Origin: Hypanus sabinus
Lineage: Eukaryota
Direction: 5' to 3'
Assembly: GCF_030144855.1 (NCBI RefSeq)
Contig: NC_082731.1
Location: 18,724,001-18,788,000 of the forward strand
DNA: 64,000 nucleotides
Numbering within the stretch: position 1 is the stretch's first letter; each line of letters starts with the position of its first letter. A program made the translations under genes and the position numbers. The notes below the pieces were generated by a model. It was given only the letters and a program-made list of their open reading frames with translations. It had not been told where the DNA came from and ran no database searches. Positions 13,386 through 26,400 of this stretch are shown here, piece after piece.

Positions 13386-13719
13386 ACGGGGTCGAGGAGT
13401 TACTGAACTGGTAAAGAGGGCGGATGGCCAGTGTCTGTGCTGTGACCACTCTACCAGCTTCTGGTACCAGTAACTGGGAGACAGCCAAACTTATAGTGGT
13501 GGTCCTGTGGTCAGAGGCACGGAATCCGTGCTGTAATTGTTATACTGGATGGATCGAAGCACTCATTTCTGGTCACAGTGAAGGGCACACGGATGTATTT
13601 GGGGACAGAGGGACACATGTGGCATTGCCTGCCTCACATCGTGTCTGAGGGGCAGGGAGAGCGAGGGTCACCATCGACGTCACTGGACACCTCTGCTTTC
13701 GGAGAAGTTTGCACAGATT

Positions 13720-14270
13720 CAGCACATCAGCAAATCCTTTCACAGACATTGCTAGAGGCATGGAAACACCAAAGCCCAGGACTGGAGAGTCCACATAAAG
13801 TGGTGGAGACAACCCAGCCCAACACAGGTAAAGCCCTCCCCACCATTGAGTGCATTGACCAGGAGCGCTGGCACAGGAAAGCAGTGTCCGTCAGCAAGTA
13901 ACCATCGTCCAGGTCGTGATCTCTTCCCACGAATTCCATCAGGCAGGATGTACTTGAGCGCTATAGTCCCACACCACCAGGTTCAGCAACAGTTATTACC
14001 CCTCAGCCATCAGGCTCCTGAACCAGTGTGGATAACTTCACTCACCCCAACACTGACCCAATTCCACAACCTGTCCACTCGCTTTCAAGGACTCTACAAC
14101 ACGTGCTCTCAAAGGTATTTATTGTTCACAGCACAGTTTGTCTTTTCTTACACGTTGTCTCTTTGTCAGTCTTTGTTTATGCATAGTTATTCATAAATTC
14201 TAGTGAATATGTTAACTATCCTGTAAATGCTGCAAGAAAGCGAATCTCAGGGTAGAATACGGAGAATAGG
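13720..14270 (+). mobile_element. Degraded Rex1/Babar-type LINE 3' end
   Basis: KVVETTQPNTGKALPTIECI..PSGR..RFSNSYYP-like remnants, similar to 31024-31308. Confidence 0.6.
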
Positions 14271-14394
14271 AGAATTACTTTGATTTGAGAAAGTTACAAT
14301 TCAGAGAAGGCGGCCCCTGTGGTACAGCCCACAGTGGCAGGGACACAGGCAGAGACCACAGCGTGTCAGATACACGCATTCAGCAAGAATTCCC

Positions 14395-14474
14395 TCACAG
14401 TCCGAGCGTCCCAGGAAGAACAGAGGTTTTCAGAAGCTGGTTTCCTGCTTTCACACACTCCACGAGGTCTGCAC
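14395..14474 (-). CDS. VWA5A: VWA5A core exon 16 (terminal): [26 protein letters not shown]
   Basis: ccccag acceptor, phase 1, TGA at 14395-14397; resembles the VWA5A C-terminus. Confidence 0.9.
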
Positions 14475-17400
14475 CTGGGGGAAGGGGTGGTGGGAGAGGG
14501 GACAAGAGTTAAAATAATTGTTAGTCCAGGGCAGGGAGATCAGTGTGCTGGGAGAGAACAAGTTAAAGGACAGGACTGAGAGACACCGGTCAGAGTACAG
14601 ATATCTCCCTGAGGGAGAGGGACTGAGGGACACCGGTCAGTGTACAGATATCCCCCTGAGGGAGAGGGACTGAGAGACACCGGTCAGAGTACAGATATCT
14701 CCCTGAGGGAGAGGGACTGAGAGACACCGGTCAGTGTACAGATATCCCCCTGAGGGAGAGGGACTGAGGGACGCCGGTCAGTGTACAGATATCCCCCTGA
14801 AGGAGAGGCACTGAGGGACACTGGTCAGTGTACAGATATCCCCCTGAGGGAGAGGGACTGAGGGACACCGGTCAGTGTACAGATATCCCCCTGAGGGAGA
14901 GGAACTGAGGGACACCGGTCAGTGTACAGATATCCCCCGAGGGAGAGGGACTGAGGGACACCGGTCAGTGTGCAGATATCCCCCTGAGGGAGAGGGACTG
15001 AGGGACACCGGTCAGTGTACAGATATCCCCCTGAGGGAGAGGGACTGAGGGACACTGGTCAGTGTACAGATATCCCCCCGAGGGAGAGGGACTGAGGGAC
15101 ACCGGTCAGTGTACAGATATCACCCTGAGGGAGAGGGACTGAGGGACACCGGTCAGTGTATAGGTATCCCCCTTTGGGAGAGGGACTGAGGGACACCGGT
15201 CAGTGTACAGATTTCCCCTGAGGGAGAGGGACTGAGGGACACCGGTCAGTGTACAGATATCCCCCCGAGGGAGAGGGACTGAGGGACACCGGTCAGTGTA
15301 CAAATATCCCACTGAGGGAGAGGGACTGAGAGACACCGGTCAGTGTAAAGATATCCCCCCGAGGGAGAGGGACTGAGGGACACCGGTCAGTGTACAGATA
15401 TCACCCTGAGGGAGAGGGACTGAGGGACACCGGTCAGTGTACAGATATCCCCCTGAGGGAGAGGGACTGAGGGACACTGATCAGTGTACAGATATCCCCC
15501 TGAGAGAGAGGGACTGAGGGACACCGGTCAGTGTACAGATATCCCACTGAGGGACACCGGTCAGTGTACAGATATCCCCCTGAGGGAGAGGGACTGAGGG
15601 ACACCGGTCAGTGTACAGATATCCCCTTGAGGGAGAGGGACTGAGGGACACCGGTCAGTGTACAGATATCCCACATCCTCCACTTCCGCTGGCACCTCGT
15701 TCCTCACCTACACTACCCTTTGAGTGAAGATCCCCTCAGATTCACCTCTCACCCTAAACCTATCACCTCGAGTTGCACTCTCACCCAGTCAGGGGTGAAA
15801 AATCCTGCAGGCATTCTAAACCCCTCCTATTTCATCAGACAAATGCCCCAGCACGTGAACATGGGCCTCACAGCTCTCACCATCCTCCACGTCCTGCTCC
15901 GGGATTCACTCACTCCCCTCGAGTTCCTTTCCTCGCTCCCACCACCCAACCAGGGAGCGGACATCCCTCCCTCCTTCAATGGAGGGAGCAACATCACAGC
16001 CTCCCACCCTGGTTCTACCCCTCAACCACCCCTATCCTGCCTCACCCCTGCCCCTCTCCTTTCACTACCACCCTTCCCCACCCTCACTCCCGACACAGAC
16101 TCTCCACCGGAATGTCGGCCACCCTTCTCCCTGCACAGATGCCGCCCGACCCCTGAGCTGTTTAATTTGGGGCCCTGGCCGTCACCCTCTGGCCTAACCT
16201 GCTCGGGCCCGGACCCAGGACAGGGCCTTCGTCACCAGCAGACCCCACTCGTCCTTGGAGTCGGCAGCGAAGGCGTTCAGCCAGATCACGGCCAAGATGG
16301 TTGTCCACAGAGTGAGGTCCATATCCTGAAAGTGGGAGAAGGGGGACAGGAGCCGGTCACTCACCCGTTTCACCCGGTCACTCACCCGTTTCACCCGGTC
16401 ACTCACCCGTCGGACACAAGGTGAGGCTCCCTCCACACCGTCCCGTCACACACTCCCAGGGACAGGGTCAGACACAGGGTGAGGCTCCCTCCACACCGTC
16501 CCGTCACACACTCCCAGGGACAGGGTCAGACACAGGGTGAGACTCCCTCCACACCGTCCCGTCACACACTCCCAGGGACAGGGTCAGACACAGGGTGAGA
16601 CTCCCTCCACACCGTCCCGTCACACACTCCCAGGGACAGGGTCAGACACAGGGTGCGGCTCCCTCCACACCGTCCCATCACACACTCCCAGGGACGGGGT
16701 CAGACACAGGGTGAGGCTCCCTCCACACCGTCCCATCACACACTCCCAGGGACAGGGTCAGACACAGGGTGCGGCTCCCTCCACACCGTCCCGTCACACA
16801 CTCCCAGGGACAGGGTCAGACACAGGGTGCGGCTCCCTCCACACCGTCCCGTCACACACTCCCAGGGACAGGGTCAGACACAGGGTGCGGCTCCCTCCAC
16901 ACCGTCCCGTCACACACTCCCAGGGACAGGGTCAGACACAGGGTGAGGCTCCCTCCACACCGTCCCGTCACACACTCCCAGGGACAGGGTCAGACACGGG
17001 GTGAGGCTCCCTCCACACCGTCCCCTCACACACTCCCGGGGACAGGGTCAGACACAGGGTGAGGCTCCCTCCACACCGTCCCGTCACACACTCCCAGGGA
17101 CAGGGTCAGACACGGGGTGAGGCTCCCTCCACACCGTCCCATCACACACTCCCAGGGACAGGGTCAGACACAGGGTGCGGCTCCCTCCACACCGTCCCGT
17201 CACACACTCCCAGGGACAGGGTCAGACACAGGGTGAGGCTCCCTCCACACCGTCCCATCACACACTCCCGGGGACAGGGTCAGACACAGGGTGCGGCTCC
17301 CTCCACACCGTCCCGTCACACACTCCCAGGGACAGGGTCAGACACAGGGTCAGATCTGTACAAATGGATGGAGTGGGAGGAGGAGGAGGCTGCTGAGCCC

Positions 17401-20400
17401 CTCTCCCACATGCTCCCACCTCCACAAGACCATGGACTTGCAGAGATCCCCGGACTTGGCTCCCACTGCCCTACAAGGGACAGAGTTCCAACCAGCTGCC
17501 CCGGCCCCCATGTTAGAAAACTCCCCTGTCTTCATTGCAGATGGGCCTCTCCCTTTAGGGGTCACGGGTGTGAATCTGGAATGAGGAAACAATTCCCACG
17601 CCAACCCACTTCAACCCCTTTCTCGGGATGGGAAGTACTTCAATGCAGCTCCCTCTCCCACATGGACTCAAGCCCAGTTGTCTGACCTGTTCCCCTGGAA
17701 CGACCCACCCGATCCAGACACCGGTCTGATCGGCCTTCCCTGAACCCTCCTGACCGTTTCACCACCTCCCCTCGTTCAGGAGACTGACGCGGTCCGCCGT
17801 GTGACCCATGCGGTCTCCTTAGCGCCCAAGTAACCGAGGCACAACCTCCTGGCACTGGGATCAGTCTCCTACAGGGGCAGGCCTCCTCTGACCCGGCCAG
17901 GGCTCAGGCCCAGCAGTGACTCCAGGCCGGGGTCCGGTGACCCCTCCTTGAACTGTTCCTGACACAGTCTCCCGTCAGTGAGGAGACTATCGCTGTCTAC
18001 AACCCCCCAACACCGCAGCTCACCTTCAGGGGCAGGCCTCCTCTGACCTGGCCAGGGCTCAGGCCCAGCAGTGACTCCAGGCCGGGGTCCGGTGACCCCT
18101 CCTTGAACTGTTCCTGACACAGTCTCCCATCAGTGAGGAGACTATCGCTGTCTACAACCCCCCAACACCGCAGCTCACCTTCAGGGGCAGGCCTCCTCTG
18201 ACCTGGCCAGGGCTCAGGCCCAGCAGTGACTCCAGGCCGGGGTCCGGTGACCCGTCCTTGAACTGTTCCTGACACAGTCTCCCATCAGTGAGGAGACTAT
18301 CGCTGTCTACAACCCCCCAACACCGCAGCTCACCTTCAGGGGCAGGCCTCCTCTGACCTGGCCAGGGCTCAGGCCCAGCAGTGACTCCAGGCCGGGGTCC
18401 GGAGTCCAGGATCCGTCTGCGTTCTGCAGCGCGATCAGCTTCAGCACCGGAGACTCGTCTGGGGCAGGGGGCCCGAGTGACTCGTCCTCATCTGCTGAAG
18501 CAAAGGAAAAGGATCAGAGGGATTTGCCTCCGCCCAGCACCCCGTCTGGTGCCGATGTGTAATAACCCTGACTCACAGAAANNNNNNNNNNNNNNNNNNN
18601 NNNNNNNNNNNNNNNNNNNNNNNNNNNNNNNNNNNNNNNNNNNNNNNNNNNNNNNNNNNNNNNNNNNNNNNNNNNNNNNNNNNNNNNNNNNNNNNNNNNN
18701 NNNNNNNNNNNNNNNNNNNNNNNNNNNNNNNNNNNNNNNNNNNNNNNNNNNNNNNNNNNNNNNNNNNNNNNNNNNNNNNNNNNNNNNNNNNNNNNNNNNN
18801 NNNNNNNNNNNNNNNNNNNNNNNNNNNNNNNNNNNNNNNNNNNNNNNNNNNNNNNNNNNNNNNNNNNNNNNNNNNNNNNNNNNNNNNNNNNNNNNNNNNN
18901 NNNNNNNNNNNNNNNNNNNNNNNNNNNNNNNNNNNNNNNNNNNNNNNNNNNNNNNNNNNNNNNNNNNNNNNNNNNNNNNNNNNNNNNNNNNNNNNNNNNN
19001 NNNNNNNNNNNNNNNNNNNNNNNNNNNNNNNNNNNNNNNNNNNNNNNNNNNNNNNNNNNNNNNNNNNNNNNNNNNNNNNNNNNNNNNNNNNNTGAGTTTG
19101 TGAGNNNNNNNNNNNNNNNNNNNNNNNNNNNNNNNNNNNNNNNNNNNNNNNNNNNNNNNNNNNNNNNNNNNNNNNNNNNNNNNNNNNNNNNNNNNNNNNN
19201 NNNNNNNNNNNNNNNNNNNNNNNNNNNNNNNNNNNNNNNNNNNNNNNNNNNNNNNNNNNNNNNNNNNNNNNNNNNNTGCGTGTTCGTTTCTTCGGTTTTG
19301 CTCCCCCTGCTGAGAGGCGAGGATCCGTGTATCTGGAATGGGTGCGGAAGTGATTTACGAGGATGTTTTCGGGACGCGGGGATTGAGTTATATTGACTTG
19401 ATTCCTTGCAGCGTGGGAGATTGTGGTGGAGAAAATCATGAGCGACACAGAGAGGGTGAGTGCCCTCAGTCTTTCTGCCCCGGGATAGGGGAGAAGAAAA
19501 CTAGAGGGCTCAGGTTTAAGGTGAGAGGGGAGAGGTTATGACGGGACCTGAGGGACAACTGTTTCATCCAGAGGGAGGTGGGTATGTGGAACACGCTGCC
19601 TGAAGAGGTGGTGGAGGTGGGAACAATCACCCTTAAAAGCCACTTGGGCAGGTACGTGGCTAGGAGATGATGCGGGCCAAATGCAGGCAACAGGGGACTA
19701 GTTCAGCTAGGCTACGAGGCTAGCATGGAGTTGTTGGGCTGAAAGGCCTGTTTCTGACTCGGATCCGTGCCCACTGTCCCCATCTCATCCATGTCTGCCA
19801 CAGCCCCTCCCAACACGCCCCACCCCACCTACTGCCACCACTGTTTGCACCCCCTTGCAGAAACTGCAGTGATAGATGACCCTGCAGACACTGACTGTGT
19901 TCCAGATTGCTCTGGCTCTACACGGGAGCACCTTTCCTCAGACTAAACCACCTCCTCCCATCTCACACTTTCATCCCTCAACCCAACCTCCGTCCACCAC
20001 TGGACCCCGACCCACTTCTGTTAACAGACCCCAACCACATCCACCCCTCCCCCAATGAGTCTGCTCCACCCCCTCCCCAAACCAAACAACTGGGACTTCC
20101 TCCATTACCTTGTCCCACTGAAAGCACCCGGAGCTTTCATAGAGGGAGGGGTGAGAGTGGGGGGGTGATTAGAGGGGGCGAGGCGTGGACTAGAGGAGGC
20201 GGGGGTGTGGGCGAGAAGGTATTTGGCAGAGAGGGGCTAGGAGGTGGAGAAGGAGGGAGGGAGGGAAGGAGTGACAGGAAGGCAGAGAAAATGGTCGTCT
20301 CACAGTAACTGTAGCCAGATACTCCCATTAGTACAGGTGGCGATGCAGGAAGCGGGCGACTCCCTGGGGGGCAGAGAGAGGGGAAATGAAATACATCTTC

Positions 20401-23400
20401 AGAGGGTCAATGGTATGGACAGAGGGTCTGTGAAGAGACACGGGGTAGAGATGGGCAGGAAGGGCGAGGACAGCGGGGGGGGGGAGAGGGGGTGGGGAGG
20501 GTGGGGATTCCATCAGTATGTGGACTTTACAACGGTGGGGGGCGGGGGAGAACGCGTTGGACCTAGTTTATACAAACATCCCCGACATGTACCGGGCGGA
20601 GACCCACCCCCACCTCGGATGCTCAGACCACATCTCTGTTCTGCTAATCCCAGCATACAGACCGCTCGTCAGGCGCTCCACACCAGTTCAGAAGCAGGTG
20701 AAAACCTGGCCAGCAGGAGCCATCTCTGCTCTTCAAGACTGCTTTGAGCACACTGACTGGCACGTGTTTAGGGAGGCTGCAACCGATGGCGACTCTACCA
20801 ACAGAGGAGTACACGGCATCAGTGACCAGCTACATCAACAAGTGCATTGATGATGTTACTGTGTCCAAGACCATCACTACACGCGCTAACCAAAAGCCGT
20901 GGACGACCGCAGAGGTGCGTGTGCTGCTGAGGTCCTGTGACTCCGCCTTCAGAGCAGGCGACAAGGCTGCCCTATCAACAGCGAGGGCCCAGGGCTGTGT
21001 GCTCAGTCCACTGCTGTTCACTCTGCTGACCCACGACTGTGCTGCAACACACAGCTCGAACCACATCATCAAGTTCGCCGATGACATGACCGTGGTGGGT
21101 CTCATCAGCAAGAACGATGAGTCAGCTTACAGAGAGGAGGTGCAGCGGCTAACGGACTGGTGCAGAGCCAACAACCTGTCTCTGAATGTGAACAAAACAA
21201 AAGAGATGGTTGTTGACTTCAGGAGGGCACGGAACAACCACTCCCCGCTGAACATCGACGGCTCCTCGATAGAGATCGTAAGCAGCACCAAATTTCTTGG
21301 TGTTCACCTGGCGGAGAATCTCACCTGGTCCCTCAACACCAGCTCCATAGCAAAGAAAGCCCAGCAGCGTCTCTACTTTCTGTGAAGGCTGAGGAAAGTC
21401 CATCTCCCACCCCCATCCTCATCACATTCTACAGGGGTTGTATCGAGAGCATCCTGAGCAGCTGCATCACTGCCTGGTTCAGAAATTGCACCGTCTCGGA
21501 TCGCAAGACCCTGCAGCGGATAGTGAGGTCAGCTGAGAAGATCATCGGGGTCTCTCTTCCCGCCATTACGGACATTTACACTACACGCTGCATCCGCAAC
21601 GCAAACAGCATTATGAAGGACCCCACGCACCCCTCATACAAACTCCTCTCCCTCCTGCCGTCTGGGAAAAGGCTCCGAAGCATTCGGGCTCTCACGACCA
21701 GACTATGTAACAGTTTCCTCCCCCAAGCTATCAGACTCCTCAATACCCAGAGCCTGGACTGACACCTTGCCCTATTGTCCTGTTTATTATTAATTATTAT
21801 TTATTGTAATGCCTGCACTGTTTCTGTGCACTACGCAGTCCACTGTAGGTCTGTAGTTTAGTGTAGCTTTCTCTGTGTTGTTTTTTTAACGTAGTTCAGT
21901 CTAGTTTTTGTTCTGTGTCCTGTAACACCATGGTCCTGAAAAACGTTGCCTCATTTTTACTATGTACTGTACCAGCAGTCATGGTCGAAATGACAATAAA
22001 AGTGACTTGACTTGTTGGGAGGACACTGGGGACGAAGGGAAGGGGTGAGAATAGGGCAGATGGGGGAGAGAGACAGAGGGAGGGACACCGGGACGAGGGG
22101 GCAAAAGGAAGTGGGATCCCTTATGGAAAACAGCTCCAGGACAGACACCTTGAGTTCTCTGTATTTGAGGAACTGGGCAATACGCCGAGGGGTAGAGAGA
22201 GGGGAAAATGAATCCGATCTTCCCAGTGTCAGCGGCAGAAGCAGAGGGGCGGTGGGGGTGGGGGGAGCGGGGAACAGAGTTGGGGGGTGAGGAGAGAGGT
22301 AAGAGGTGGGGTGGAAGGTGTTGAGTCTGGGAGAGTGATAGGGGAGGTGAAAGGGTGATGAGGTGGAGAGCAGGACAGGGAGATTGAGGGTGGAGGGGTG
22401 GAAGGGGGAGGTTTGGAGGGGGGATGGTGAGGGGGAGAGGGAGAGGGGGAAGGGGAGGGGGCAGGGAGAGAGGAGAGAGGGTGAGAGGTGGTGAGAGGGA
22501 GAAGGGGAAGGGGAAAATGGGGATTAGGTGGGGGAAGGGTGGTTTCGGAGTGAAAGTGGGAGAAGGGGTTTGGAAGGCAGAGAGGGGCTGGGAGGTGGAG
22601 AGGGAGGGTGACCGAGAGTGAGGGAGTGACTGAGGGGGAGGGAGTGACAGGGAGGGTGAGGAAGTGGTAGCACTCACCAAAACCGCTGACAGGTATTCCC
22701 ATTGGTGCAGGGGGTGGTGGAGGAGGCGGGCAGCTCCCTGGGGGGCAGAGAGAGGGGAAATGAAATACATCTTCACAGGGTTAATTGTATGGACAGAGGG
22801 TCGGGGAAAGAGAGAGCACAGGGGCAGAGAGCGGCAGGAAGGGTGAGGAGAGCGGGGGGGGAGGGCGGGGAGGGTGTTGGGAGGATACTGAGGACGAAGG
22901 GAAGGGTGAGAGTGGGGCAGACGGGAAGAGGGAGATGGAGACTGGACTAGGGAGTGGGAAGGAGATGGAGACTGGATGAGGGAGAGGGAGACAGAGAGGG
23001 AGAGGGAGACGGAGAGGGTGAGGGTGGGAGAGGGAGACGGAGACGGAGAGGGTGGGGGAGGGAGACGGAGAGGTTGAGTGTGGGAGAGGCAGTGAATGGG
23101 AGGTGAAGGAAGTGGGATCACTTACCGGGAAGGAGTCCATGATGAGCCCTTTTGAATTTCATCATTTGAGGAGCTGGGCAATTCGCCGAGGGACAGAGAG
23201 AGAAAATGAATCAGATCTTCCCATCGTCAATGGCAGAAGCAGAGGGTCGGTGGGGGTGGGGGGAGCGGAGAGAGGAGAACAGAGGTGGGGGGTGAGGAGA
23301 GGGGTAAGAGGTGGGGTGGAAGGGGAGAGAGGTGTTGAGGCTGAGAGAGTTATGAGGGGGTGGAAGTCAGGATGGGGAGATTAAGGGTAGAGGGGTGGGT

Positions 23401-26400
23401 GGGGGATGGATGGGAATGGAGGGGGATGGTGAGCAGAGGAGGGAGAGAGGGAAGAGGAGGGAGAGAGGGAAGGGGAGGGGGCAGGGGAGATAGGAGAGAG
23501 GGAGGGGAGATGGGAAGGAGAGTGGTTGAGGGAGGAGAGGGAGGGTGAAGGGAGAAGGGGAGAGAGGGTGAGAGGGAGAAGGGGAACCGGGAAAATGGGG
23601 ATTAGGTGGGGGAAGGGTGGTTTCGGGGTGAAAGTGGGAGAGAAGGGGTTTGGAAGGCAGAGAGGGGCCGGGAGGTGGAGAGGGAGGGTGACCGAGAGTG
23701 AGGGAGTGACAGGGAGGGTGAGGAAGTGGTAGCACTCACCAAAACCGCTGACAGGTATTCCCATTTGTGCAGGGGGTGGTGGAGGAGGCGGGCAGCTCTC
23801 GGGGGGGGGGGCAGAGAGGGGGGAAATGAAATACATCGTCACAGGGTCAATGGTATGGACAGAGGGTCGGGGAAAGAGAGAGCACAGGGGCAGAGAGCGG
23901 CAGGAAGGGTGAGGAGAGTGGGGGAGGGGGCGGGGAGGGTGTTGGGAGGATACTGAGTATGAAGGGAAGGGGTGAGAATGGGGCAGACATGGGAGGGAGA
24001 CGGAGAGGGAAGGAGACGGAGCGAGGGAGAGGGAGACAGGGAGAGGGAGAGGGAGACGGATAGGGAGACGGAGAGGGTGAGGGTGAGGGTGAGGGTGGGA
24101 GAGGGAGACGGAGAGGGGGAGGGTGGGAGAGGGAGACGGAGAGGTTGAGTGTGGGAGAGGCAGTGAATGGGAGGTGAAGGAAGTGGGATCACTTACCGGG
24201 AAGGAGTCCATGATGAGCCCTTTTGAATTTCATTCTTTGAGAACCTGGGCAATTCGCCGAGGGACAGAGAGAGAAAATGAATCAGATCTTCCCATCGTCA
24301 ACGGCAGAAGCAGAGGGTCGGTGGAGGTGGGGGGTGAGGAGAGAGGAGAACAGAGGTGGGGGGTGAGGAGAGGGGTAAGAGGTGGGGTGGAAGGGGAGAG
24401 AGGTGTTGAGGCTGAGAGAGTTATGAGGGGGAGGTGGAAGTCAGGATGGGGAGATTGAGGGTAGAGGGGTGGGTGGGGGATGGATGGGAATGGAGGGGGA
24501 TGGTGAGCAGAGGAGGGAGAGAGGGAAGGGGAGGGGGCAGGGGGAGATAGGAAAGAGGGAGGGGAGATGGGGAGGAGAGGGAGGCTGAAGGGAGAAGGGG
24601 AGAGAGGTGAGAGGGAGAAGGGGAAGAGCGAAAATGGGGATTAGGTGGAAGGGTGGTTTCGGGGGGAATGTGGGTTTGGAAGACAGAGGGGCTGGGAGGT
24701 GGAGAGAGAGGGTGACTGAGAGTGAGGGAGTGACAGAGGGGGAGGGAGTGACAGGGAGGGCGAGGAAGTGGTAGAACTCATCAATACCGCCGACAGGAGG
24801 AGGCAGGAAACCTCCCGGGGGACAGAGAGAGGGGAAATGAAATACATCGTCACAGGGTCAATTGTATGGACAGAGGGTCGGGGAAAGAGAGAGCACAGGG
24901 GCAGAGAGCGGCAGGAAGGGTGAGGAGAGAGGGGGTGGGGAGGGTGTTGGGAGGATACTGAGGATGAAGGGAAGGGATGAGAATGGGGCAGACGGGGGAG
25001 AGAGACGGGGTGAGTGAGAGGGAGGGAGACAGGAGGAGGGAGGCGGAGATGGGACGAGGGAGAAGGAGGCGGAGACTGGACGAGGGAGAAGGAGGCGGAG
25101 ACTGGACGAGGGAGAGGGAGGCGGAGACTGGACGAGGGAGAGGGAGGCAGAAACTGGACGAGGGAGAGGGAGGCGGAGACTGGACGAGGGAGAGGGAGGC
25201 GGAGACTGGACGAGGGAGAGGGAGGCGGAGACTGGACGAGGGAGAAGGAGGCGGAGACTGGACGAGGGAGAAGGAGGCGGAGACTGGACGAGGGAGGAGG
25301 CGGCGGAGACTGGACGAGGGAGAGGGAGGTGGAAACTGGGTGATGGAGAGTGGACGAGGGAGAGGGAGGCAGAGACTGGGAGACGGAGACTGGACGAGGG
25401 AGAGGGAGGCGGAGACTGGACGAGGGAGAGGGAGGCGGAGACTGGACGAGGGAGAGGGAGGGAGACTGGACAAGGGAGAGGGAGGCAGAGACTGGGAGAC
25501 GGAGACTGGACGAGGGAGAGGGAGGCGGAGACTGGACGAGGGAGAGGGAGGCGGAGACTGGACGAGGGAGAGGGAGGCGGAGACTGGACGAGGGAGAGGG
25601 AGGCGGAGACTGGACGAGGGAGAGGGAGGCGGAGACTGGACGAGGGAGAGGGAGGCGGAGACTGGACGAGGGAGAGGGAGGCGGAGACTGGACGAGGGAG
25701 GGGGAGGCGGAGACTGGACGAGGGAGAGGGAGGCGGAGACTGGACGAGGGAGAGGGAGGCGGAGACTGGACGAGGGAGAAGGAGGCGGAGACTGGACGAG
25801 GGAGAGGGAGGTGGAAACTGGGTGATGGAGAGTGGATGAGGGAGAGGGAGGCAGAGACTGGGAGATGGAGAGTGGATGAGGGAGAGGGAGGCAGAGACTG
25901 GGAGACGGAGACTGGACGAGGGAGAGGGAGGCGGAGACTGGACGAGGGAGAGGGAGGCGGAGACTGGACGAGGGAGAGGGAGGCGGAGACTGGACGAGGG
26001 AGAGGGAGGCGGAGACTGGACGAGGGAGAGGGAGGCGGAGACTGGACGAGGGAGAGGGAGGCGGAGACTGGACGAGGGAGAGGGAGGCGGAGACTGGACG
26101 AGGGAGAGGGAGGCGGAGACTGGACGAGGGAGAGGGAGACGGAGACTGGACGAGGGAGAAGGAGGCGGAGACTGGACGAGGGAGAGGGAGGCGGAAACTG
26201 GGAGACGGAGACTGGACGAGGGAGAGGGAGGTGGAAACTGGGTGATGGAGAGTTGACGAGGGAGAGGGAGGCAGAGACAGGGAGACGGAGACTGGACGAG
26301 GGAGAGGGAGGCGGAGACTGGACGAGGGAGAGGGAGACGGACAAGGGAGAGGGAGGCGGAGACTGGACGAGGGAGAGGGAGATGGAGACTGGACGAGGGA

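Noticed and set aside
14118-14123. AATAAA on the minus strand ~270 nt after the VWA5A stop
   Set aside because: Plausible poly(A) signal, but inside an AT-rich LINE tail; not supportable without 3'-end data
4150-17350. CRISPR-like regular repeats
   Set aside because: Head-to-tail units without unique spacers, no cas genes, vertebrate context
18381-19448. ORFs spanning X runs
   Set aside because: Created by the assembly gap
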